Source: Nitrospirota bacterium (GTDB taxonomy: Bacteria > Nitrospirota > Thermodesulfovibrionia > Thermodesulfovibrionales > Dissulfurispiraceae). Taken from it: a stretch of 64,000 nucleotides of DNA. A program made the translations under genes and the position numbers. Position 1 is the stretch's first letter. Each line of letters starts with the position of its first letter. The notes beneath the pieces are model-generated. The model saw only the letters and a list, made by a program, of their open reading frames with translations. It did not search any database and was not told where the DNA came from. Location of the stretch: positions 2,903-66,902 of the forward strand of contig JADFXI010000002.1 of NCBI GenBank assembly GCA_015233655.1, read 5' to 3'. Below are positions 9,304 through 17,180 of the stretch, piece by piece.

Positions 9304-9889
9304 CGGGATAAGGGACATTAAGAACATTTTTGCGACTGTACTACTGATGCTATTCGTAGCATCCGCATACGCTCAGACTCCTTCCCCCTATGTGCAGACC
9401 TCTGATACTTTTGCTGAAAAGGCAGGACATGCAAAATGGGAGGTTCAGGGAAGCATAGGCAACAAAGTAGTCATTGTCAATGGCAGAGGGGATACGTCAG
9501 CGGTAGAAGCAGGGAGCGAAATAGACGGGTGCCTTGTAACCGCAGGTAAGGTGTTGTGCGATCTGGCAGAAAAAGAGGCTCTTGGCAAAATTAAAACAGA
9601 AATGAAATCAATAGAGGTAATTCCCAAAAAAGAGGAGGAACTTAATAAAGAGTTGGCCCATCGCCTGTTAGTCTCAATTCTGGAATCCAGGGGGAAAACC
9701 GGCCATTCTCCGGAGTGGGGCCATATTAAATTCGTGGTTTTGGACGGCAAGCTGATGATCCGTGTTATAAAAAGTTATTACGACAAAGCTAAAACCGTAT
9801 TGAAAGACGCCATCCTGGAGGAAGCTCAGGATAACGGATTTGTATATTATGCATTGGACGGGAAGATTGTGCAGATAGAGTATAAATAG
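9290..9889 (+). CDS. hypothetical secreted protein
   Basis: 199 aa with signal-peptide-like LLMLFVASAYAQ. It overlaps the end of the upstream ATPase gene. No motif. Confidence 0.4.
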   Translation: MVCFDGIRDIKNIFATVLLMLFVASAYAQTPSPYVQTSDTFAEKAGHAKWEVQGSIGNKVVIVNGRGDTSAVEAGSEIDGCLVTAGKVLCDLAEKEALGKIKTEMKSIEVIPKKEEELNKELAHRLLVSILESRGKTGHSPEWGHIKFVVLDGKLMIRVIKSYYDKAKTVLKDAILEEAQDNGFVYYALDGKIVQIEYK

Positions 9890-9898
9890 GAGCGGATA

Positions 9899-10738
9899 TT
9901 GAAAAAAATAGTTTTTAATGTTAGTACCTTTTTAATAATGGCATTATGCTCTTCACCGTCTTTTGCCTTGGTTGGCGATGGCGGGACGATTGCCGCCTGT
10001 TATCCTGGAGGGTACAGCCAGATTCTGCTCGGCGTAAAACCATTCGTATTTCAGTGCGCGCAATATACCGTGATCAAGCCGTGTCCTTATGGCGGGAAAC
10101 TGGTCGAATTCTGGCTGCCCACCTATGCGATTGAAGTCACGGGACAGGCCAATACTACGGTTTTTCCGGTGTCTCTCGCCGACGTTTTAAGTCTGGCTTC
10201 TCCTATTGAAGGCGGCATGGTACAAGGCGAAGCCGGCAATGATACTCAAACAAAATACCGTGACGTCCATGTATATCAACTTTCGACTGCTGACGTAACA
10301 GCAATTCTTGCCGGTCATCCCGGTCAGGTATGCATGCTTCTTTATGCTGATAGCATAACTGGAGGCACGGTCTTCAAGAGCGAGTTATTCCCTGGATGGA
10401 GGATCGGCAAAGACCCCACCGGCCTTAACCCTTTCTCATCCCCTGTCGGTTCCTGGGGACCTCTTTATCCACGCACTGGATGGAGCAATCACCCATCCAA
10501 TGTAACTAACAGCCTGCTGCTGTCATACAGGTCACAACAGCTTGGGGCCGAATTTTCAGCTCTATACGGAGGCACGGTATTTGTTGACAAGTATGAAATA
10601 GGCGGCCCTGTGCCGGGAGACTGCTACCAGATAGGGACTCCTACAATGCTGCAGGAGAAGGCTGCAAACAGGTCTTTGTGTGCAGACAGGATAGTCACCA
10701 TTTTCTGGAGGCATATAATAACATGCTGCCCCGTTTAG
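9899..10738 (+). CDS. TraU-like T4SS (F/G-type) periplasmic protein
   Basis: Has a signal peptide. Blocks matching my recollection of F-plasmid TraU: EFWLPTYAIEVT (YWEP..LTDVT), YRDVHVYQ (YHVHWY), SELFPGW (SEIDPTW), GSWGPLYPRTGWSNHPSNVTNSLLLSYR (GSQGSMYPFNGW...SSLLVSER), and a C-terminal WR...C. Confidence 0.7.
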   Translation: MKKIVFNVSTFLIMALCSSPSFALVGDGGTIAACYPGGYSQILLGVKPFVFQCAQYTVIKPCPYGGKLVEFWLPTYAIEVTGQANTTVFPVSLADVLSLASPIEGGMVQGEAGNDTQTKYRDVHVYQLSTADVTAILAGHPGQVCMLLYADSITGGTVFKSELFPGWRIGKDPTGLNPFSSPVGSWGPLYPRTGWSNHPSNVTNSLLLSYRSQQLGAEFSALYGGTVFVDKYEIGGPVPGDCYQIGTPTMLQEKAANRSLCADRIVTIFWRHIITCCPV

Positions 10739-11442
10739 ACCTTATGATGCATGCAGCCTGTAGAACACTGTTTGTTTTTTTCGTATTAACCTGTTCATCA
10801 GGTTATGCCTTGGACAACAATTGCGGAGTTAATTATTTTAACGGTTGGTGCAAGGAAAAGGAGAAGGAAACTCCAGCCGACACCAAAAAGGCTGAAAGCG
10901 ACCCTTATATCTGGCAGCCCAAATTTGCTAATGAACCGCCTCCTCCATTAGTCGATCTATTCAGGGACCCTTCGGCGGAAAACATAGGGCGTTACCAGGA
11001 ATGGTACAAAAAACGCATGGAACGTGTTAACGAAGTCGGTCTGATCATGGCAGGAGGTGTTGCACAGGCGCAGATGTCAAATGAGAAATCCCAGCAGGGA
11101 GCTGTAAGTGAAGTTAAGCCTGTAATATTCGATAAGGCGATATATTTTTTCAGCGAGTCCTGCCCGGCCTGCGCCAAAATGACACCGCTGCTTTCGCAAG
11201 TACAACATTCGAGCAAGCTGGTGGGCATAGGAATAAAATCCACTGACAGCAGCGCCGCTGCATACCTGCAGCGCAATGGTGTGAGGATACTGTCAGGAGG
11301 CGATAATTCCGGGGATATTGCCGCGAATTACAATGTGTCTGCGACCCCGACTCTGATTCTGCTGTCAGAAAGTGGTGATGTCGTGGGCCGATACGAAGGT
11401 GTGATGGACAAGGCGGCTCTCTCGGGGATTTTTGGAAATTAA
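10723..11442 (+). CDS. thioredoxin-fold TrbB/TraF-like thiol-disulfide isomerase
   Basis: Has a signal peptide (FVFFVLTCSSGYA). CxxC in a thioredoxin context (FFSESCPACAKMTP) with a later cis-Pro motif (ATPTLILL). Its position next to traU/traH-like genes matches F-type systems. Confidence 0.55.
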   Translation: MLPRLDLMMHAACRTLFVFFVLTCSSGYALDNNCGVNYFNGWCKEKEKETPADTKKAESDPYIWQPKFANEPPPPLVDLFRDPSAENIGRYQEWYKKRMERVNEVGLIMAGGVAQAQMSNEKSQQGAVSEVKPVIFDKAIYFFSESCPACAKMTPLLSQVQHSSKLVGIGIKSTDSSAAAYLQRNGVRILSGGDNSGDIAANYNVSATPTLILLSESGDVVGRYEGVMDKAALSGIFGN

Positions 11443-11569
11443 CGGTAGCAAAGACATCAGACTTGAACCCATTGCCTTTATCGTAATTAGTTAGGTCATC
11501 AGTTTGTTTTATAAAGAAAGAAAATGGTAAAGTCATAACATTAAAAGGAGTTGTCATAGAGGTGAGAAA

Positions 11570-11773
11570 ATGAGGCCGAATGTACTGGTACACGATATTG
11601 AGAAGTATGAAGGCAAATATGTTGCAATAAGAACGTTTATTGAAAAAAATGTGGTCTGTTTTGGAGATGATCCTGCAATGGTATTTGAAGAAGCCCAGAG
11701 CAGGGGTGCTGATGATCCGGTAATATTTTATGTCCCTAAGAAAGATGTTGTTCACATCTACACATGCCGATAA
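11570..11773 (+). CDS. DUF5678-like small protein
   Basis: 67 aa (KYEGKYVAIRTFIEKNVVCFGDDPAMVFEEAQSRG). It overlaps the downstream aspartic protease gene, a pairing I recall as recurrent. Confidence 0.45.
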   Translation: MRPNVLVHDIEKYEGKYVAIRTFIEKNVVCFGDDPAMVFEEAQSRGADDPVIFYVPKKDVVHIYTCR

Positions 11774-12183
11774 AAGACTGCCCTTTTACAGACTGTGGAA
11801 ATAATATTTACCGCCCTCTTCTGCCGATAAAGGTTATAAATCCTCATACGGGGAAAGGATATAGGACTTTCGGTCTTATTGATACTGGCGCTGATGATTG
11901 TGCAGTGCCGGCATCTTATGCACGTGTTCTAGGACATGATCTTCAGGCAGGACAGTCAAAGGTGATTTCAACCGGCAATGGAGAGACTTTGGCATATGCG
12001 CATACAACAAAGTTTGAAGTTTATCACCCTGAAACGGGCGACCCCCTTTATACGATAGATGAAACACCGATAGACTTTATGCCCAATCTACACGTAATGC
12101 TTTTGGGGGTAAACAGTTTTTTAAGCAGATTTGTACTCATTATCGACTATCCTTCCAAAAGGTTCTCAATAGAATATCCATAA
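11764..12183 (+). CDS. retropepsin-like (clan AA) aspartic protease
   Basis: 139 aa with the catalytic LIDTGADDCAVP motif and a C-terminal LLGVNSFL flap/dimer-like motif. Confidence 0.65.
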   Translation: MPIKDCPFTDCGNNIYRPLLPIKVINPHTGKGYRTFGLIDTGADDCAVPASYARVLGHDLQAGQSKVISTGNGETLAYAHTTKFEVYHPETGDPLYTIDETPIDFMPNLHVMLLGVNSFLSRFVLIIDYPSKRFSIEYP

Positions 12184-12315
12184 CAAACCTGTCACCCAGA
12201 CAACAGAACGACAGGAACATTTTAAAAAAATCCAAGTAATATCTTAAACAGAGTAATCTTTGTTAAAGAGCCGATACTTCCCATTTGGTTATGCAAGAAG
12301 TTTAACGGAGGAGTA

Positions 12316-13602
12316 ATGATGAGACTGACGGTTATAACATCCATGATTGTCGTAATGTCCATTGTGGATGTTTGCCATGCGGTTGATCCGGAGCTGAATG
12401 CGAGACTTGGGATACCGGTGCAGCCGCAAAGCTCCGGAGAAACGTTTAATCAGGGATTGATAGGCAGCATGGGGCTGGGTGGCTGCGGTGATTTGGGGAT
12501 AACCAATCAACTAAACAGTCTTATAAGTCTCGGACAGCAGGCGATCAGCAATCTGGGAAACAACATAGGCACCATCGCTGCGACTGCAGCTATTGCCTAC
12601 TTTATGCCGACAGAATACAGTGTAGTTTCCAATCTTTTGTCTGATGCGCGAAAATATCTAGCCGTATTGGCTGATAAATGCAAGACATATCAGGCTGCAA
12701 GGAATTATATGGAAAAAAGCGATATAGCAGGCATAAGGAAGGCAGCCTTTGCCAGGTGTATGGAACAGAATGGCGGAGATGATTTTTTGTGTTCCAAACC
12801 GGCTAATGCGTGGCAATACCTGTTCGGTACAACAGGCTGTGTATCGGCCCTGGACAAGGCACTTAATGGTGTCACTCTTCCCTCGGGGACCATCAGCAGT
12901 ACCATAAAGTCCTTTTTCGGCGATGTCCAGATATGCCCTGACGGAAGCGGTCGCACACCGGCTACACTGACTGCCGACAAAGTGTATCAGGCAAATATGT
13001 TATTTTACGGTCCTGCTGTAACAAGTGGTGTTTCTACAGCCCAAACGAGGTATCTGGCACAAAGTGATATCCAGTCAATGAACTTGTGCATCGGTCCGGC
13101 CAATAATGGGAACGCAGGCAACGGAGGCGGTAACGCCGGCAGCGGCGGAGTGATCTGCCCTCACGCGGAAACCATCAATATGGTTGCGTCTTTTCCATCT
13201 GATGAACAGGCAGTTTTTACAAATAAACTAGTCGAAAGCCTCTCACTCCTTCAGACTGTATACAATACATATAGTTGGTCGTCAATGCTGAATAAAGCGG
13301 CGGCTGCCTCCAATGCGCCTGTTCCCGACGCGTTAACTACGCCTATCAACCAAATGACCGAGCAGAAGGAAAAAGAACTAAATGACCTTGTCAAGCTGAA
13401 AGTCCAGTCCAGCGGTAATGGCGGAGACCTTTCTCAGTGGGAAAAGCAGGTCATGGAGCGGAACAGCTACTGGCAACAGTTGAAGGCTTCTCAGGGTAAT
13501 GAAACAAATTACGGCAGCCAGATTTTTGGAAGTTCAGATAGTAGCACTAACGATAGCCAGAGCATTATTGACAGCATCAAGAACAGCTATTTAACCCCCT
13601 GA
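12316..13602 (+). CDS. TraH-like T4SS periplasmic protein (tentative)
   Basis: 428 aa with a signal peptide. GGCGDLG...LISLGQQAISNLGNNIG...P resembles the TraH AGCGGID...FV..I.SNA block. The size and its position between traU-like and traG-like genes fit. Contains an Asn/Gly-rich low-complexity insert. Confidence 0.45.
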   Translation: MMRLTVITSMIVVMSIVDVCHAVDPELNARLGIPVQPQSSGETFNQGLIGSMGLGGCGDLGITNQLNSLISLGQQAISNLGNNIGTIAATAAIAYFMPTEYSVVSNLLSDARKYLAVLADKCKTYQAARNYMEKSDIAGIRKAAFARCMEQNGGDDFLCSKPANAWQYLFGTTGCVSALDKALNGVTLPSGTISSTIKSFFGDVQICPDGSGRTPATLTADKVYQANMLFYGPAVTSGVSTAQTRYLAQSDIQSMNLCIGPANNGNAGNGGGNAGSGGVICPHAETINMVASFPSDEQAVFTNKLVESLSLLQTVYNTYSWSSMLNKAAAASNAPVPDALTTPINQMTEQKEKELNDLVKLKVQSSGNGGDLSQWEKQVMERNSYWQQLKASQGNETNYGSQIFGSSDSSTNDSQSIIDSIKNSYLTP

Positions 13603-13613
13603 CTTTTTGGAAC

Positions 13614-15503
13614 ATGGAAACATCGATTCCGGAAATATATAATGGTGTCAATACTGCGCTATCAACAATTACGAATAACAGTCTTTATATAGAGACTCTC
13701 TATGTAGTTGTCGCAATGGCAAGTTTCTTCTGGATATTCATTGAATTCAGGGGAACTAATGCTCTTATTGGAAATCTGAGGAATCACTTTATCACACTCA
13801 TGTTTATATGGCTTTTTTTCGGCAGCGGTGCTATAACATCCGATGTTAACGTAACTCTGAATAAACCGGATGGCACTACGACATATTTGACCTACCAAAT
13901 GGCTCCAGGTTTCAAGTATGTAACCTATGTTATAAATTCCGTTACGGGATGGGCCGGCGGCGCTATAGGGAAAGCATCACTTGACAGCCTTAACATAGAT
14001 GTCAGTAAAATGCCGTTTGCCGCTGAAAAATACGCATTGAAAACTGCAAAAACCGAACAAATGCTCGCCGCAGCGGCAAAAGACCCTGCTTTTGACGATA
14101 AAAACCGTTTTTATGCGAATAATTGTCTTGACACCGCCAAGATCAAGGCAAATCCACCCAAGTTTAGCTTTCAGATTTATATCGCAGCCTATATTCGGGA
14201 CAACCCGCCGCCTAATCCTGAGTGCAATAATAGCGGTTCGTGGCTTTATAACAAGGCTTATGCTGCGGTGCAGGACATAGCCCAAAAAAACAATTTAACG
14301 ACGGATGATGTTGCAAGGATTGCCCCCAAAAGTTGGCTTCTGCGTCAAGTGGACAAAATTAATCCGGCTAACCTTGTTATTGCTTTGGCAGAAGCCATTC
14401 TAAGTGTCTTCTTGAGGGTTGTCTCGGTAGTAACCTATGCTACAGCTTTCATATATGTGAAGGCCCTTCCATTTTTTCTGGGAATTCTTAATCAGATGTA
14501 CGTTGGCGTTTATCCTCTGATCGTTGCCATGGCTATGCTGCCTGGAAGGTGGATGGCTATTGTCACTTATTTTGAAGGCTATCTCTGGCTCGCATTCATG
14601 CCTGTGGTTATTGCGGCAGTCGATGGATTTGGTATGCAGCTAACGGGAATAATAAGTGATTTGTTAAGCCTTCCCGCTACAATGGTTATGTTGGCCAAAA
14701 TCTCAATTGTAATGTCAGTGCCGGCGATAACATCGTTCCTGATTTTCGGGCAGCGGACACATCGTGTCGGGCCATCGGATGTGGCAAGGAACGCCGCCCA
14801 TAGCGCGGCTTCTCTGGTTAGCAGAAGCGTGGGAGGGGCATTTAGTTCTGGCGACAAAGGCGGCCTAGGCGGCCCTGGCGCAGCTCAAGCCGGGCGCATT
14901 CTCGGCGGCGGCGGGGGCTGGGGGGGCGGCAACGTGGTGGCCAGTACCGGTGGAAGAGGGCAACCTCCAGTTGGCACCCCTGTAACTACCGCAGCGAGCA
15001 ATCACGCGATGAAACAAAGTAATGCTGACGCTGTAGGAGATTTATACGCCGGGCTCACCGGCAATTTTGATGGTTCGTCGTACTATAGCGACTCCGTCGT
15101 GTCGGGCCATATTAAGGTCGGCAGTCATGGTGGAGAACTGGGAGGGGCATTGGACAAGATTTCACCTGAAATGAAACAAATGGGCGTGGGCCTTTTGGTA
15201 AAAAACAGCGCCGGACAAACTGCAAGCGTGGACGCTCAGGCAGGCGCAGACGGCAGGATGCGCTTTTCGATGCCCGCAGGCGGCACTGCGGCAGACGCGG
15301 CCATGGCAGAGAGGCTCAACAATCCAGGCAGCGGGGAAATGTTTGCCGCGAGTGCTTTACCCGGCGGTTGGAAATTCAGGAGCGAAGCCGGCGTCAAAGG
15401 GGTCTGGGCAGCAAAATTAAGCTGGGGCAAAGAGTTGAGTTCTCAATTCATGGAAGGCGAAGACCTCTACAAGTTTGCGCAGCAACGTGAAAGGGAGTTG
15501 TAA
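13614..15503 (+). CDS. polytopic membrane protein, TraG_N / VirB6-like (tentative), with Gly-rich C-terminal domain
   Basis: 629 aa with several TM helices in the N-terminal two-thirds, then GGLGGPGAAQAGRILGGGGGWGGG. Its position after the traH-like gene matches F/G-type T4SS. Confidence 0.5.
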   Translation: METSIPEIYNGVNTALSTITNNSLYIETLYVVVAMASFFWIFIEFRGTNALIGNLRNHFITLMFIWLFFGSGAITSDVNVTLNKPDGTTTYLTYQMAPGFKYVTYVINSVTGWAGGAIGKASLDSLNIDVSKMPFAAEKYALKTAKTEQMLAAAAKDPAFDDKNRFYANNCLDTAKIKANPPKFSFQIYIAAYIRDNPPPNPECNNSGSWLYNKAYAAVQDIAQKNNLTTDDVARIAPKSWLLRQVDKINPANLVIALAEAILSVFLRVVSVVTYATAFIYVKALPFFLGILNQMYVGVYPLIVAMAMLPGRWMAIVTYFEGYLWLAFMPVVIAAVDGFGMQLTGIISDLLSLPATMVMLAKISIVMSVPAITSFLIFGQRTHRVGPSDVARNAAHSAASLVSRSVGGAFSSGDKGGLGGPGAAQAGRILGGGGGWGGGNVVASTGGRGQPPVGTPVTTAASNHAMKQSNADAVGDLYAGLTGNFDGSSYYSDSVVSGHIKVGSHGGELGGALDKISPEMKQMGVGLLVKNSAGQTASVDAQAGADGRMRFSMPAGGTAADAAMAERLNNPGSGEMFAASALPGGWKFRSEAGVKGVWAAKLSWGKELSSQFMEGEDLYKFAQQREREL

Positions 15504-15650
15504 CGCCAATCCATCCGAAGAAGAAGTCGAAGTAATTATTTGTCAACCTTGCGGTATTCCTATATAGCAAGGTAATTGCCTTCCGCAAATTTTCTCCGGT
15601 CACAAGTAATATCTCATTATAAAACCAGTTGCAGGCATCTGTAACATTAT

Positions 15651-16181
15651 ATGAGAAAATATCTTTTCCTTCTGCCATTTGCCATTAGTCTTTTACCATT
15701 TGCCTCTGTAGGCGCAGAGCAAAACATCCATGAAATCGTCAGTGATGCCCAGTATAAGGCTGCTGTGCGTTTTCAGGTGCCGGTCGAACTCCTGAACGCC
15801 ATAAAACAGGTGGAGAGTGGGGGACACCCCTGGGCTTTGTGTGTAAATCTCGGAAACGGTAAGAGCATGCCAATCTTTCCGCGAACATACTATGAAGCGG
15901 TCCAATATCTGACGCGGTCAAGCAGTGACAATATTGACATAGGTCCCTGGCAAGTCAATTATCATTACATCGGCAAAAGGCTGGGTGTGACCAAGGTTCA
16001 GATGCTGGACCCTTATATATCTTCACTGCTTGCTGCTTACAAGCTCTCGAGCGAAATAGCGACAAACGGTTATACCTGGCATGCAGTGGGCAATTATCAC
16101 AGCTACAACCTGCCAAGGAAAATAAAATATGTTGCATCAGTCAAGAGGCAGTTGGCAAAAGACGGGTATAAGGTGAACTGA
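15651..16181 (+). CDS. lytic transglycosylase (SLT / VirB1-like)
   Basis: Has a signal peptide. Catalytic block LLNAIKQVESGGHPWAL and downstream DIGPWQVN, typical of the SLT domain. Confidence 0.7.
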   Translation: MRKYLFLLPFAISLLPFASVGAEQNIHEIVSDAQYKAAVRFQVPVELLNAIKQVESGGHPWALCVNLGNGKSMPIFPRTYYEAVQYLTRSSSDNIDIGPWQVNYHYIGKRLGVTKVQMLDPYISSLLAAYKLSSEIATNGYTWHAVGNYHSYNLPRKIKYVASVKRQLAKDGYKVN

Positions 16182-16187
16182 AGGAAA

Positions 16188-17180
16188 ATGGCGGCAATAT
16201 TTGCGAAGACCGAGCAGGGCATTGAGGACATCCTATTAACCGGCGTTGCGCTTGGCGCGAGCGATATACATCTTACTGAGTTGAACCAGCCTGTATTTCG
16301 CGTTGACGGAGACTTGAGGAGAAGCGACCTTCATCCGGTGGACATTTCAGATATGAACAGGTTTCTGGATAATGTGATACCAGCCGGTTTCTCGGGCAAA
16401 GACGGAGATTTTTCATTTACTTTTTCTGAGAGGAGATGGAGGGGAAACTATTTTCATTCTAATGGCAAGAGGCTTTCGATTGCGCTTAGGCTGCTTCCCC
16501 TTCAAATACCTGACATAAGGGATTTAGGTCTGCCGGCAAGTTTCAACCGCATTGCAGAAATGAAGAACGGTATCGTGCTGGTGACCGGTCCTACCGGCAG
16601 CGGCAAGTCTACAACCATTGCAGCCATGATCAAGCGTATGATCGAGACAAAGAGCATGCATCTTATAACGATTGAAAACCCCGTAGAGTATCTATTTGAA
16701 AGCACCAACTATTCAGTGGTAAACCAGCGGGAGATAGGATGCGATACCGACGATATCACTCTTGCCCTCAAGTATGCCTTGAGGCAGGACCCTGATGTGA
16801 TACTGGTTGGAGAAATACGTGATACTGAAACCGCAAGACTTGCGGTCAATGCCGCAGAGACCGGTCACCTTGTTTTCGCCACACTTCATACGATAAATGT
16901 AGTAGAGACGGTCAACCGGCTCTACGGGTTGTTCCCTCCCCAGGAAAGGCATCTTGTTCAGCAGCAAATAGCTGCAACCCTTAACCTGACAGTAGCCCAA
17001 AGGCTAATAAAAAAACCGTCTGGAGGAAGAATGGCCCTTGTCGAGGCTTTATTTCCTAATGAATCAATAAGAGAGCTTATCCGGGAAGGCAGGAGCCATG
17101 AAATTCCGCAGCATATTAATGGGGCTGATTATATAAACACATTTGTCGGATACGCTGACGGGAGATGTCATGTCGCTTGA
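16188..17180 (+). CDS. PilT/VirB11-like ATPase (paralogue 3)
   Basis: ASDIHLTELNQPVFRVDGDL, VTGPTGSGKSTT, IENPVEY, LVGEIRDTET, VFATLHT. It overlaps the traC/virB4-like start. Confidence 0.85.
   Translation: MAAIFAKTEQGIEDILLTGVALGASDIHLTELNQPVFRVDGDLRRSDLHPVDISDMNRFLDNVIPAGFSGKDGDFSFTFSERRWRGNYFHSNGKRLSIALRLLPLQIPDIRDLGLPASFNRIAEMKNGIVLVTGPTGSGKSTTIAAMIKRMIETKSMHLITIENPVEYLFESTNYSVVNQREIGCDTDDITLALKYALRQDPDVILVGEIRDTETARLAVNAAETGHLVFATLHTINVVETVNRLYGLFPPQERHLVQQQIAATLNLTVAQRLIKKPSGGRMALVEALFPNESIRELIREGRSHEIPQHINGADYINTFVGYADGRCHVA

Noticed and set aside
11150-11755. 201 aa minus-strand ORF
   Set aside because: It runs antisense across the end of the trbB-like gene, the intergenic gap and the DUF5678-like gene. 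Its composition is odd (rich in F, I, R and C) and it has no motif. It is probably a shadow ORF.
17143-17180. Possible frameshift or fusion between the PilT-like and TraC-like genes
   Set aside because: Both ORFs are complete with their own motifs. The overlap shrinks to 11 nt if TraC starts at ATG 17170, which is ordinary translational coupling.
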